A DNA stretch of 64,000 nt from an uncultured Methanosarcinales archaeon (GCA_964534665.1 CAZHRT010000002.1:42231-106230); one strand, 5' to 3'; shown: positions 1-12,172, numbered from the stretch's first letter. Notes: generated by a model not told the origin, from the sequence alone. Translations and numbers: made by a program.

Positions 1-1576
1 TGATATAACTATCGCCATTAAAATTGGTATTACCGTGTGTTCCAGCATACATTACAAAAACATCATTTCCATCAACTTTTCTTGCCATATCTTCTAATGT
101 TTTAGTAACATTAGCACGAGTTGCATCGTGATTATAACTTCCATCATCTAAAGCAGCTCTAAACTGATTATATCCAGCAGTAGCTTTAAAATATGATGTA
201 TCACGCGGAGCTTCATCTGGTGACAGAACCCTAATATTTTCAGGTTTAAATCCCATTTCAAGTAAATCAGTATATGCTTTACAAGTTTCATTCATAAACC
301 ATTGTGGGTTTGGTCTACTAGACGTTCCAAATATTCCACATTTTTCATCCCAATCAAATCCAGCAACAACAACTGCATATCTTTCTTCTGGGTTAATTCC
401 AACTAGTTCGCCAACATCTGTTGCAACTTTCATTCCAAAATTACCAGCAATAGCTGCTAAATCTTTTAACGGCTCAACACTTGTTACATAATCATATCCC
501 TCTTTAACATCCCCTTCTAATCCACCTTTGAATGTGTATTTGTAACTATTAACAACATCATCTTTAAGATCTCCACAAAAAACATATTTAGCAGAGTCTA
601 ATCCTTTATTAGCAACATTTTTTGCAAAATCTAAAACCCCATTTCCAACAAAAGTTGCTGCTCTACTAGCATCTTTTAGATAATTATGACTTGCAAAATA
701 ATTTTTAACATCTTCAACCATTTCACCATCTTTAACATATTTTACAGCTCCAACAGCCTCATCATTATACTCGCCCTTACAAGCTGCAACAACATCTCCT
801 TGTACATTTTGGACACCTTGTTTAAACACTAATGCAGACAATACATCTCCGAAGAAATTACTAACTATTCCAAGGCCTGCTCCAACAATTCCTGCTGTAT
901 ATTTAATTGGGTTCCATTTGGTATTAGCTTCAATTTCTTCAGCTAATTTTCCACCAATCTTTGCACCATATTTAGCTCCAACTATTGTTCCATAACCTTT
1001 CATACCAATTGCAGCATCTAATGCTATAGGGAAAACTTTTTCTTTGAAATATTGATCATCTTTTAATTTTCTCAAGAATTTATCCGTTTTATCTTTACTA
1101 AGTGCATTTCTTGTAGTTTGATAAGGTACACCAATCATGCTGCCAGCAGCTGCAGGAACAACACTCAACATATCAACCAGACCAGCAACTTTTCCTCTAG
1201 TTGCATCATGACTAACAGCTTCTTTTCCAAGATATGCTCCACCACCAATAGCCGCCCTTGTAACTAATAAAGGAACATACATACCAGTTGCAACTATACC
1301 TGTGTTAAACATTAAAGTTGCGAGATTGCCTTCACCTAGAAATTTACCTTCTTTTAAGTTTGCTTTATACTTTTCCCAAGTTGGTTTATTATTCCATATA
1401 TTCTTAGCAGCAGTGTAAGTGTTTTTTATATCTTTAATAGGATTAGCAGCAGATATTGCATGTTTAGTAGTTTCAATTACTGTTTCTAGAGTAGCTCTAG
1501 CAGCTTTCCCAACTTTCTTTTTAGTTATAGGTGCTGTTAATCTTCTATAAGATCTACCCACAATTCCATCTAACAT
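1..1576 (-). CDS. partial CDS (C-terminus runs past window start): Gly/Ala-rich N-terminal region plus caspase-fold (clan CD, legumain C13 / clostripain-like) peptidase-like domain
   Basis: My own minus-strand translation from ATG at 1576 (MLDGIVGRSYRRL...) stays open to position 1; absent from ORF track because no stop in window. C-terminal blocks RYAVVVAGFDWDE, ETCKAYTDLLEMGFKPENIRVL and DVFVMYAGTHGN resemble the legumain/caspase His-Gly region. Confidence 0.45.
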   Translation of the reverse strand, partial: MLDGIVGRSYRRLTAPITKKKVGKAARATLETVIETTKHAISAANPIKDIKNTYTAAKNIWNNKPTWEKYKANLKEGKFLGEGNLATLMFNTGIVATGMYVPLLVTRAAIGGGAYLGKEAVSHDATRGKVAGLVDMLSVVPAAAGSMIGVPYQTTRNALSKDKTDKFLRKLKDDQYFKEKVFPIALDAAIGMKGYGTIVGAKYGAKIGGKLAEEIEANTKWNPIKYTAGIVGAGLGIVSNFFGDVLSALVFKQGVQNVQGDVVAACKGEYNDEAVGAVKYVKDGEMVEDVKNYFASHNYLKDASRAATFVGNGVLDFAKNVANKGLDSAKYVFCGDLKDDVVNSYKYTFKGGLEGDVKEGYDYVTSVEPLKDLAAIAGNFGMKVATDVGELVGINPEERYAVVVAGFDWDEKCGIFGTSSRPNPQWFMNETCKAYTDLLEMGFKPENIRVLSPDEAPRDTSYFKATAGYNQFRAALDDGSYNHDATRANVTKTLEDMARKVDGNDVFVMYAGTHGNTNFNGDSYI

Positions 1577-1651
1577 ATCAGTTAATTAGTAGGCACTAAT
1601 ATATAAACCTTGCCTTTTTGTAACTACTGTCTGGTGAATTAAATTGTGTTC

Positions 1652-2191
1652 CTAAACAGAAATAAGCATTCCTGGTAAAATAAAATATAATAATAAGAAC
1701 CCAGCCAACCCAATCAAATATATCCAAAGGTCTTTAATTTCACCTTTATTTTTCTTAAAGATTGTAATTACAAAAAACAAATTATAAAAAACAATAATCA
1801 ATAATCCAGTTATTAATCCGTTAGGAACATTCTTGAACAATGGTGCAAATCCCGCGTCCAAAGAAATTGATGCAATCATATTAATTATTCTTAGATATAC
1901 TCCAATCAATATAGCTGCCAAACCTGATACAATCGTACCAGCAATAACTATAGCTTTCTTGTCTTCAGTTATATTCTTGATAAAATGTATTGTTAAACCG
2001 CCTAAAATAGCTGATAATATACTAACCATAACATATGTCGACAAGAAAGACTGTTTAGGTAAGAACATTGTGGCTAAGGCAGCTGAACCAACAAACGCTA
2101 AAATAGCAATTAACGAGACAATAATTGCTACAACATACCAAGTTTTCTTTTTCCTTATACTTTGATGTAACTTCTTAAAGCCTGTGTGCAT
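1652..2191 (-). CDS. multi-pass membrane protein, hypothetical
   Basis: 179 aa, 5-6 hydrophobic helices; the + strand ORF 1833..2165 is its shadow. Confidence 0.5.
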   Translation of the reverse strand: MHTGFKKLHQSIRKKKTWYVVAIIVSLIAILAFVGSAALATMFLPKQSFLSTYVMVSILSAILGGLTIHFIKNITEDKKAIVIAGTIVSGLAAILIGVYLRIINMIASISLDAGFAPLFKNVPNGLITGLLIIVFYNLFFVITIFKKNKGEIKDLWIYLIGLAGFLLLYFILPGMLISV

Positions 2192-2361
2192 ATACTTATT
2201 TTTATCATTTTAATATATAAATGTTGCTAAAAAATACATAATAGATAAGCGAAACCTTTATAAATGCAAACACATTCAAAATAGTTAGAAAAAGAGCTAA
2301 ATCCTCGACGGTAAAACGTAATTTTTTATATATCTAAAAAAACAAAGAAAATAGTGGGTAG

Positions 2362-4251
<1,890 letters not shown>

Positions 4252-4330
4252 TAACAAATTTATATTATCTAGACAGTAATATTTATAAACGGTCGCTAAT
4301 TCACAAAGTAAAACATAAAATATCGTTAAA

Positions 4331-5095
4331 ATGGCAGAAGGAAGAAGTAGCAAAATTAAAAAGAAGAAATGGCTTGATTTAATAGCACCAAAATCATTTG
4401 GTAGCAGAGTTATCGGTCAGACTTATGTTTATGAGTCAGGTACTATGAAAAATAAGTCTATGCAAGTTAATTTAATGAGTCTTACTAATGATCCTAAAAA
4501 GCAAAATACTAAAGTTGGCCTTGTGGTTGATGAAATTAAAGAAGATAAGGCATATACTAGAGTTGTTAGCTATAAATTAGTACCAGCATCAATAAAAAGA
4601 TTAGCAAGACGTGGTAGAAACAAAATTGATAGTTCTTTTGTATGTAAGACAAAAGATAACAAAATCATAAGAATTAAGCCTTTAATCATAACTCGTGCTA
4701 AAACAAAAGGTTCATCTTTAAGAGGCCTCTCAAACCAAGCTGAAATCAGTTTAAGAAGTTTAGTTAAGAAAACTAATTATGAAGGAGTTATTGATGCTTT
4801 AATTTATAAAAAATTCCAAAAAGAACTTAAGAATAAACTTAAGAACACTTATCCTTTAAGAGTTTGTGATATTCGAGAAATGTCTCTTGTTGTTGGAAAA
4901 AAAGCTGATAAAGCTGAGAAAATGTTAGCAGGCATAAAAATTGTTGAAGAACCTGAAGAGCCTAAAAAAGCTAAAGAAGAAAAAAAGCTAATTAAAGAAA
5001 AGATAGAAGTACCAAAAGTACCAGCAAAAGACGAACCAGTTAACAAAGAAATTCCAAAAGCACCTGAAAGTCCTGACGATAGTGAAGATTTTTAA
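4331..5095 (+). CDS. rps3ae: 30S ribosomal protein S3Ae (eS1) with Lys/Glu-rich C-terminal tail
   Basis: N-terminus MAEGRSSKIKKKKWLDLIAPKSFG matches archaeal S3Ae start (KKWY..APEMFG pattern); archaeal/eukaryal-specific protein. Confidence 0.7.
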   Translation: MAEGRSSKIKKKKWLDLIAPKSFGSRVIGQTYVYESGTMKNKSMQVNLMSLTNDPKKQNTKVGLVVDEIKEDKAYTRVVSYKLVPASIKRLARRGRNKIDSSFVCKTKDNKIIRIKPLIITRAKTKGSSLRGLSNQAEISLRSLVKKTNYEGVIDALIYKKFQKELKNKLKNTYPLRVCDIREMSLVVGKKADKAEKMLAGIKIVEEPEEPKKAKEEKKLIKEKIEVPKVPAKDEPVNKEIPKAPESPDDSEDF

Positions 5096-5103
5096 TTTCT
5101 AAA

Positions 5104-5183
5104 TATTTTTGATTTCTAAAATTTGTTATAACCTTACTCAAATTTTATGACCAAAAATTCTTTTGTATTTTTGATTTCTAAAA
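5104..5183. repeat. two identical 18-nt direct repeats TATTTTTGATTTCTAAAA (5104-5121, 5166-5183) upstream of ParA-like gene
   Basis: exact repeat read directly in sequence, 62 nt apart, ~75 nt upstream of 5260 start. Confidence 0.6.
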
Positions 5184-5259
5184 CCTATATATTTTACTAC
5201 CCGATGAATTTATAAATCATTTCTTAACCCATTATTAGTAATAAAGGAGGTTTTTTATT

Positions 5260-6030
5260 ATGGAAGAGGAAAGTAAACTAATAAGATCTATATGTGTTAT
5301 CAATCAAAAAGGCGGTGTTGGCAAAACTACAACCGCAATTAACCTTGCAGCAGGATTATCAAGAAAAGACAAAAATGTACTACTTGTCGACTTAGACCCT
5401 CAGGGAAATATCGACACAGCACTAAAACTTCAATCAGAATATGATATTTATGATGCAATGACTGGGAGACAGGATATCCTAAGTTGCATTTCAAATGTTG
5501 CTAAAAATTTTGATGTTATTGCTTCTAAAGAAAACTTAGCAAAAATAGAATATTATCTTTCAAGACAAGATGATTCTATTCAATTATTAAAGGATATTTT
5601 TGCCAAATTAAAATCTTATGACTTTATTATTTTTGATTGTCCACCATCATTAGGACTATTAAATCAAAACGCTTTAGCATTTTGTAAAGAAGCTTTTATT
5701 CCAGTATCAACAGATTATTTAGCATTTGACGGCCTCAAAAGAATGGAAGAGTTTATTACACATATTAGGAAGAACTACGAACATGATATTAAGATTACTA
5801 AGATCATTCCTACACTTTTTGATAAACGTAATAAGATTTGTTGTGAAACACTTACAGACATGCAAAATGAATATACTCAACTGTTATCTTACCCTATAAG
5901 AATAAATTCTAAACTAAAAGAAGCACCAAAATATGGGAAATCAATATTTTCTTATGCTAAATCCAGTTCAGGTGCAATAGACTATGGTAAGCTAGTTGAA
6001 GATGTTTTAGTTATGGATATTGCTGCATAA
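5260..6030 (+). CDS. ParA/MinD-family P-loop ATPase
   Basis: deviant Walker A NQKGGVGKTTTAINLAAGL, LVDLDPQGN, ParA/Soj-like length; SD AAGGAGG upstream. Confidence 0.8.
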   Translation: MEEESKLIRSICVINQKGGVGKTTTAINLAAGLSRKDKNVLLVDLDPQGNIDTALKLQSEYDIYDAMTGRQDILSCISNVAKNFDVIASKENLAKIEYYLSRQDDSIQLLKDIFAKLKSYDFIIFDCPPSLGLLNQNALAFCKEAFIPVSTDYLAFDGLKRMEEFITHIRKNYEHDIKITKIIPTLFDKRNKICCETLTDMQNEYTQLLSYPIRINSKLKEAPKYGKSIFSYAKSSSGAIDYGKLVEDVLVMDIAA

Positions 6031-6068
6031 CCCAATATTTAAATATCAGCAAACTAATTTAAATTTGT

Positions 6069-6464
6069 ATGAAACAATTTATTTTTTTATCTTTAATTTT
6101 AATTATTGGCTGTACTTCTAACTATGTTATTCTTGATGACCATAAAATCTCTGTTGAGATTGCAGACTCTCCATTAGAAAGAAGTAAAGGGTTAATGTAT
6201 AGAGAAAGCTTATGTGACGATTGTGGTATGCTATTTATCTTTGAGAGCGAATCTAAACATAGTTTCTGGATGAAGAATACATTAATACCTTTAGATATGG
6301 TATTTATTGATTCAGAAATGAATGTTGTTGATGTATTGCATGCACAACCGTGTAAAACTGAGAAATGTCCTTCATATATCCCAAAATCAACATCACTTTA
6401 TGTTCTTGAAACTAACATAGACATATTTGATAATAAGACAATTGGAAAAAAATTAAAAAAATAA
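6069..6464 (+). CDS. DUF192 (COG1430) family lipoprotein
   Basis: lipobox LILIIGC; GLMYRESL...GMLFIFESE...FWMKNTLIPLDMVFID typical of DUF192. Confidence 0.6.
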   Translation: MKQFIFLSLILIIGCTSNYVILDDHKISVEIADSPLERSKGLMYRESLCDDCGMLFIFESESKHSFWMKNTLIPLDMVFIDSEMNVVDVLHAQPCKTEKCPSYIPKSTSLYVLETNIDIFDNKTIGKKLKK

Positions 6465-6502
6465 ATAAAGAATTATATTAACTAAATTTTAAAGCTATAT
6501 GA

Positions 6503-6724
6503 TTATTCTGCTGCTTCTGAATTATCTGCTTCAGTATCTTTAGTAACATTAACTGCTTTTGGGCCTCTGTCGCCATCTTCAACATCGAAGCTTACTGCGT
6601 CATTTTCGTTTAGAGTTAGACCTTCTGTTAATCCACTTTGGTGAACAAAATACTCAGTTCCGTCATCTCCTTTTAAAAACCCAAATCCTTTACTTTCGTT
6701 AAAAAATTTTACTGTTCCTTTCAT
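6503..6724 (-). CDS. cold-shock protein (CspA family) with acidic C-terminal extension
   Basis: MKGTVKFFNESKGFGFL RNP motifs; start moved to internal Met with GAGGAAAT SD 8 nt upstream (ORF track starts at 6769). Confidence 0.8.
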   Translation of the reverse strand: MKGTVKFFNESKGFGFLKGDDGTEYFVHQSGLTEGLTLNENDAVSFDVEDGDRGPKAVNVTKDTEADNSEAAE

Positions 6725-6825
6725 TTTTGATTTCCTCGTTGTTAGTCTTACAAAACTAACTATTAACAAAGGATAAACAAGTTTCCTTTTTAAATGCTTC
6801 TATTATTTTGTGTTAAATTACAACT

Positions 6826-7563
6826 TTAAATCATAATAACCATTATTCCAATTCCAATAATAATTCCAATAAATTGCAATAATGACCTAGAAGGTTTACT
6901 TTCTTTATGTAATTCAGGTATAAGATCAGAACCAGCAATATAAATAAATCCTCCAGCTGTAAAAGGGACAATAAATACAACAAAGAAATCTAAAGCACTT
7001 CCTAACCAAAGTCCAAGAATTGCTCCTAATATAGCAGTAGTTGCTGTTAGAAAATTAAAAAATAAAGCTTTTGTTTTCTTAAAACCACCATGTATTAATA
7101 CTCCAAAATCACCAATCTCTTGTGGTATCTCATGAAAAAGAACAGCTAAAGAAGTTGTAATACCTAAAGGTATACTAACTAAGTATGTTGTTCCAATAAT
7201 TAACCCATCAATTAAATTATGAAGGGCATCACCTACTAAGTTCATATAAGCAAAAGGGTGTGGATGAGATTTGGATGTAGGAACATGACAATGTCTCCAA
7301 TGTATAAATTTCTCTAAAACAAAGAAAGTTAATATTCCTGTTAACAAGTAAATTCCTACTTCTATGCCTAGTCCTAGTTTTTCAAAAGCTTCAGGTAACA
7401 AATGTAAAAACGCTCCACCAAACAATGTACCTGTTGATAAGCTAACTAAGAATAATAATAGTTTACTCATGTGCTTTTTTGTTAAGTAAATAGTAAATAT
7501 ACCTAATATAGAAACTAAAGATATTATTACTACACTTATTATTGCATAAATCCATGCTGACAT
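6826..7563 (-). CDS. ZIP-family divalent metal transporter (ZupT-like)
   Basis: HEIPQEIGDFGVLIHGG ZIP signature, 8 TM-like segments, His-rich loop HWRHCHVPTSKSHPHP. Confidence 0.8.
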   Translation of the reverse strand: MSAWIYAIISVVIISLVSILGIFTIYLTKKHMSKLLLFLVSLSTGTLFGGAFLHLLPEAFEKLGLGIEVGIYLLTGILTFFVLEKFIHWRHCHVPTSKSHPHPFAYMNLVGDALHNLIDGLIIGTTYLVSIPLGITTSLAVLFHEIPQEIGDFGVLIHGGFKKTKALFFNFLTATTAILGAILGLWLGSALDFFVVFIVPFTAGGFIYIAGSDLIPELHKESKPSRSLLQFIGIIIGIGIMVIMI

Positions 7564-7619
7564 AAGTAAAAAATTAAATTAGTAGTTTAAATGTTTTACT
7601 AAAAATTAGAATTTATATT

Positions 7620-7985
7620 TTAAAATGTGGGATCTCTTTTATTTATTTCGCCACTCATTCCAAGTTCAAGATCATCTAAATTCTCTATATATACAACATA
7701 ACCACCAGTTTCTCTTAACTGTCTTCTTCTTGCTTCAGTTATAACATGATTAGTACTTTTATCAGCATCAACCAAATCGCATAAATGATTAACAGTCTCT
7801 CCAGAAACATAAGCTGCACGTGCAAGGACTTTTTCTTGCCCATCTTTTCTTTTAACACCAGTAATATTAACTAGCTTTGATTCTACTCCATTTGATTCTA
7901 CACCTTTGCCAACTTCAGACCAATGTTCTGTTAAAACATATATTGAACCGCTATCTGTGGTATATGAATATTGTTGTTTTGGCAT
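7620..7985 (-). CDS. hypothetical protein (last gene of AAA+/vWA operon)
   Basis: 121 aa ORF, no recognisable motif; co-directional, 36 nt after upstream gene. Confidence 0.4.
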   Translation of the reverse strand: MPKQQYSYTTDSGSIYVLTEHWSEVGKGVESNGVESKLVNITGVKRKDGQEKVLARAAYVSGETVNHLCDLVDADKSTNHVITEARRRQLRETGGYVVYIENLDDLELGMSGEINKRDPTF

Positions 7986-8021
7986 ATTAAACCTAGAATA
8001 ACTTATTTTATTTAAAGATAG

Positions 8022-8615
8022 TTATAATTCAATAAATTTACCATAAGGTCCGGGATTAATTATCAAAGTCTTCCCAATTTTATGTTCAACACCAGAATTT
8101 TCATGTAAATGTCCGCAAATTACTAAATCTGGCTTTGCTTTTATTACAAATTTTTTAATTGATTTATTACCTGCATGTTCCCCATAAACTAAATCAAGTT
8201 TTGTATTGTAAGGTGGTGCGTGAGTTATTAAAATTAACTTTTCAGGTTTAATTTTTTTAATTTTCTTTAACCATTTTTCAGCTTGTTTTTCAAACTCTTT
8301 TTCTATTCTTGAAAAACCGCCTCCACCCCAACCAAGAAATAAATAATTATCAATAATATGCTCCTTTTTATGTATGAATTCAATACTTTCAAACAATTCT
8401 GCTTGTACACAATCTTCTTCCATCTCATGATTTCCATGTATCAACAATAAAGGTTTCTTTAACTTACTCATCTTTTCAAAAAACTCATCCATTTTCTGTT
8501 CAAAAATAGAGAAATCCCCTGCATTTATGATTAAATCTGCTTTAGGAGATTTATTTTTAAGTTCTTTAAAAGCTTTAGAAGAACCATGCATATCTGTTAT
8601 TGCTAATATTTTCAT
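8022..8615 (-). CDS. calcineurin-like metallophosphoesterase
   Basis: ITDMHG, NAGDFS, GNHE, GHLH metal-binding motifs in canonical order. Confidence 0.8.
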   Translation of the reverse strand: MKILAITDMHGSSKAFKELKNKSPKADLIINAGDFSIFEQKMDEFFEKMSKLKKPLLLIHGNHEMEEDCVQAELFESIEFIHKKEHIIDNYLFLGWGGGGFSRIEKEFEKQAEKWLKKIKKIKPEKLILITHAPPYNTKLDLVYGEHAGNKSIKKFVIKAKPDLVICGHLHENSGVEHKIGKTLIINPGPYGKFIEL

Positions 8616-8650
8616 ATTACAAAAAACCCATAGGTTATATTTAAAATTAA

Positions 8651-9274
8651 TTAAAAACTACTAGCAAAGAAAATAATTCTTTGATTTCCAATAATATTTG
8701 CAAGACTCCTCATATTCTTTTCATCAGTAACCCTTTTTCCATGAACTTTTCTTCCATAAACTATAACCTGTTCTACAGTTCCAAAGTTTTCTAAAACACT
8801 TGACAAATCAGGATATGAATGTTGAATTAACTCAGCAATTTTATTAGCCCTCTTTTGTAAAACAGCCAATCGCTTTACTTCTGTTTCTGTAAGTCCAAGA
8901 TCTCCTGCATGCTCTATTCCATAAGTTGCAAGTTGGGCAATTGTACAATAATCAGGATGTTGAGCCATTACAGTATTGTCAGCTCTTTCTTCTAATCGTC
9001 TTTCTGTAAGTTCACATAATGTATCACGCGCCATAACAATCAGCCCTTCATCATTAAGAATTTTCCTCCATCCTTGATGATCATCTATAGAATTTCCATA
9101 CACTCTATAGAAGCTTTCATCATCTCCCACTCGAAAAGCTAAACTAATATCATTATACTTACGTTCACCTAATCCTCTAAAACCTTTAGCTACTTCAAGT
9201 GCATAATTAGTTCCAACTTTTTGAACAAGTAAAGGTTCTGTATTTGTTGATTCAGTAATATTATATTCTGGCAT
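8651..9274 (-). CDS. hypothetical protein
   Basis: 207 aa, Arg/Glu/Leu-rich composition unlike neighbours, no motif recognised. Confidence 0.4.
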   Translation of the reverse strand: MPEYNITESTNTEPLLVQKVGTNYALEVAKGFRGLGERKYNDISLAFRVGDDESFYRVYGNSIDDHQGWRKILNDEGLIVMARDTLCELTERRLEERADNTVMAQHPDYCTIAQLATYGIEHAGDLGLTETEVKRLAVLQKRANKIAELIQHSYPDLSSVLENFGTVEQVIVYGRKVHGKRVTDEKNMRSLANIIGNQRIIFFASSF

Positions 9275-9317
9275 ATTATAATCTAATTAAAAATCAATTT
9301 AAAAAGATTTAGTTATT

Positions 9318-10526
9318 TTATCTAACACTATAATAATCTTCTAGAACAATCTGGTCAACATCTTTAAGAGTTTTAGTTAAATAAAGTTTACCTTCACCTA
9401 ACTCAGTAATCTTTTCAGCTAACTTCTTACCTTCATTATCTAAACCAATACCAATCAAAGAAACAGTTATATCATGACTTCTTACTTGGCTTACAGCTTC
9501 TAAAGTCTCTTTTTCAGGTTCCTTTCCTACAGTCGGCACAGCATCTGTTATTAATATTAAATGTTTAGTAACATCTTTGTTTGGAAATAATTGAATAGAT
9601 TGTTTAATTGTTTTGGCAATATCTGTTTCTTTTGATGCAGTAATCCTTGTTATTTTATCCAATAATAAATTAAAATCTAATGTTGGCTTAACTTCTTCTT
9701 TTATGTCAGCACCAAAAACAAGTAATCCAACTTTATCCTTTTCTTCTATTGCTTTAAAAGCAAGAGCCACACCAGCTTTCTTTGATGTATCCAATTTATC
9801 ACCTTTCATTGAACCTGACGCGTCTAATGCATATACAAGATAAATTTGACCTTTACTTTGCCTTTCAAAAGTTTTTAAATTTGATTTATCTAAAGAAGTG
9901 CCTCGTCTTAAGGCCAATTTTATAGATTTTTTAATGGCAAGGTCTCTATACCTATCACCTTTTTTATAATCTTTAACATCCTGCTTATCACCATACATAA
10001 AAGTTTTTTTATGAATTTTATCTCCAGTTATACCTTTTGCAACTAATTTATCAAGTTCTTGTGTGTACAAAACCATTGAAGCAAGTTTAATACCTGTATC
10101 AGTTATTTCTCCACCTTTTCCTAATAACTTATTTTCTTTAAGCGAATCAATATTACTTGCAATATTACTCTTCAACTCTTTTTGAAACTCAGGAATTCTA
10201 ATATTCTTTTCACAATAGGATGAATCATAACTTGTTAATTGTCTAATTATAGTTGGTCCAAATATCTTTTTAGCAACAGAATAATTATTAACTAATTGTT
10301 CAAACATCAAGTCTGGTGTAAAACTACCAAGCCCCTTATTTATTGCATCTTTGATAAGATTACCTTGATCAACTGTTTTCTTATCATTTTCTAGAACAGA
10401 ACTCATTAATTTATCTTCTTCACTTTGTTTTGCTAACTTGCCTGAAAGTTCTTCAATCTCTTCTGTAATTGTTGCATCAACAGGATCGGTGTTACCCGTC
10501 ACCGCCTTTTTCTTCATGCTCATCAA
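9318..10526 (-). CDS. von Willebrand factor A domain protein
   Basis: MIDAS YALDASGSM, ...TDA...; overlaps upstream AAA+ gene by 35 nt. Confidence 0.75.
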   Translation of the reverse strand: MMSMKKKAVTGNTDPVDATITEEIEELSGKLAKQSEEDKLMSSVLENDKKTVDQGNLIKDAINKGLGSFTPDLMFEQLVNNYSVAKKIFGPTIIRQLTSYDSSYCEKNIRIPEFQKELKSNIASNIDSLKENKLLGKGGEITDTGIKLASMVLYTQELDKLVAKGITGDKIHKKTFMYGDKQDVKDYKKGDRYRDLAIKKSIKLALRRGTSLDKSNLKTFERQSKGQIYLVYALDASGSMKGDKLDTSKKAGVALAFKAIEEKDKVGLLVFGADIKEEVKPTLDFNLLLDKITRITASKETDIAKTIKQSIQLFPNKDVTKHLILITDAVPTVGKEPEKETLEAVSQVRSHDITVSLIGIGLDNEGKKLAEKITELGEGKLYLTKTLKDVDQIVLEDYYSVR

Positions 10527-11490
10527 GGTGTTTAGAAAACTCTTTAACTATGAAATTTTTAGGATTTTCTATATATTTAACAGAAGGTTTTAATTTAATT
10601 CTGTGTGATACAACAGAAACAACTGCATCTTTAATATCCTTAAAATTAACTTTTTTTCTACCATCCAGCAAACAATTACTTTGTGCACGTTCATATAAAC
10701 CTAAACTAGCTCTTACAGATGGATGTTTTTCAAGATTATCATTATCTCTTAACTCACGAATAAAAGTAATTGACAAATCAAGTAAATTTTCTGGAAAATC
10801 AACTTCAATTTTTTTACCTTGTTTCTTTACAATTTCTCTTTCAATATCCAATGATTGAGGGTAACCCATGTAAACAAAATCAAACCTGTCAACAAAAACA
10901 TCTGATAACCTTTCAGTTGAGAAATCCTCAGGATTCATTGTTCCGATAAAAATAAAATTAGCAGGAATATCAACATCATAACTTCCAAGTGTTGCCTTAC
11001 CTTCTTGTAATACTTGTAGTAAAGCGTTTTGAAGCTTTTCAGGACATCTATTAACTTCATCAAAGAAAAGTATCCCATTATTAGCTTTAAATATCTTACC
11101 TGGTGTAAACGCTTCTAAGCTCAATGGACCAGATTTTAAAGCTTTAATTGGATCAATATCTCCGAGTAAATCTTCAGCAGTTAAATCAGGTGAACCCTGA
11201 ATTCTAATAAACCTTTCTTCCCCTTTAATCTTAATTTTTTTCAAATCTTTTTTAGATTTACACTCAGGACAAACAGGATTTTTAGGTGAACAATTAAATT
11301 CACATCCCATAACTACTTCAATCTCAGGCAATAATCTAGCAATATTTCTTGCTAAAGTTGTTTTACCAATACCTGGAGGTCCAACAATAATAATATGCCT
11401 GTTCATAATAAGGGCAGATTTTAACTCTTTCTTAACTAGTTCTTGACCTAGAACATCTTCAAAATTCGTTTCTTTTAGGTTATCAATCAT
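10492..11490 (-). CDS. AAA+ ATPase, MoxR/ChlI (Mg-chelatase I-like) family, with Cys4 insertion
   Basis: Walker A VGPPGIGKTTLA, Walker B ILFFDEVNRCPE, sensor GTMNPEDF...VDRFDF; insertion CEFNCSPKNPVCPEC. Confidence 0.8.
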   Translation of the reverse strand: MIDNLKETNFEDVLGQELVKKELKSALIMNRHIIIVGPPGIGKTTLARNIARLLPEIEVVMGCEFNCSPKNPVCPECKSKKDLKKIKIKGEERFIRIQGSPDLTAEDLLGDIDPIKALKSGPLSLEAFTPGKIFKANNGILFFDEVNRCPEKLQNALLQVLQEGKATLGSYDVDIPANFIFIGTMNPEDFSTERLSDVFVDRFDFVYMGYPQSLDIEREIVKKQGKKIEVDFPENLLDLSITFIRELRDNDNLEKHPSVRASLGLYERAQSNCLLDGRKKVNFKDIKDAVVSVVSHRIKLKPSVKYIENPKNFIVKEFSKHLDEHEEKGGDG

Positions 11491-11515
11491 TTTGCAAGTT
11501 AAAAGGAATTATTGT

Positions 11516-12154
11516 TTATAAAGTTTCTCTATGTTGTGATCTTATAGGATCAACTGGATTAGAATTATGTCCATAAAATAAATCTAAATCTTCATTAAAA
11601 ATTAAAAGTTCTCTAAAATCACCACTTTTTTTCACTAATTCTCCTAATGTAACAATCTCTTCATGGTAATTTTTGCTTTGAAATTCTTTTGGCATCTCAC
11701 CAAAATATGGTAAATGGTGATCTAATCTATCTGCCATTAACGCTAAAACATTTGCTTTTCCTTCAAGATACATTTCATGACTTGGTTGTCCATTTTCATC
11801 TTTAACTTCTCTTGCTAGAAGATGCATGTGCTGGTCAAAATCATTGCATAACATTAATTTACCTTTATACATTATAGCAACAGGAACTTCAATACCTTCT
11901 TCTGTTACATTTGAATAATGTGAGAAAACTTGTGTAGGTCCATTAACTAGACTTTTTGTACAATCTTTATTATGTACTTCATATCCTGGAGTAAAGCTTC
12001 TAACAGCATAAAGTAAAGTTGAACCATCTGCAACCTTTATTACAGCACCTTTCATTGCACCATCAACTAATGTAGCTAACTCTGGCTGAGCCATTGTAGG
12101 CATTCTCCAGCCTTCTTCTTCTTCTTTTCCAGTTTCTATAGTTCCAGTTTCCAT
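11516..12154 (-). CDS. hypothetical protein
   Basis: 212 aa, His-rich, atypical composition; no motif recognised. Confidence 0.4.
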   Translation of the reverse strand: METGTIETGKEEEEGWRMPTMAQPELATLVDGAMKGAVIKVADGSTLLYAVRSFTPGYEVHNKDCTKSLVNGPTQVFSHYSNVTEEGIEVPVAIMYKGKLMLCNDFDQHMHLLAREVKDENGQPSHEMYLEGKANVLALMADRLDHHLPYFGEMPKEFQSKNYHEEIVTLGELVKKSGDFRELLIFNEDLDLFYGHNSNPVDPIRSQHRETL

Positions 12155-12172
12155 TTTATAAATTTATAAGAA

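Noticed and set aside
1833-2165. 110-aa + strand ORF
   Set aside because: Lies entirely inside the minus-strand membrane-protein gene 1652..2191; low-complexity shadow frame.
4849-5046. minus-strand 65-aa ORF
   Set aside because: Shadow of the Lys/Glu-rich tail of rps3ae.
9613-10858. plus-strand ORFs 9613..9843 and 10469..10858
   Set aside because: Antisense to the vWA and AAA+ genes; Ser/Leu/Phe-rich shadow composition.
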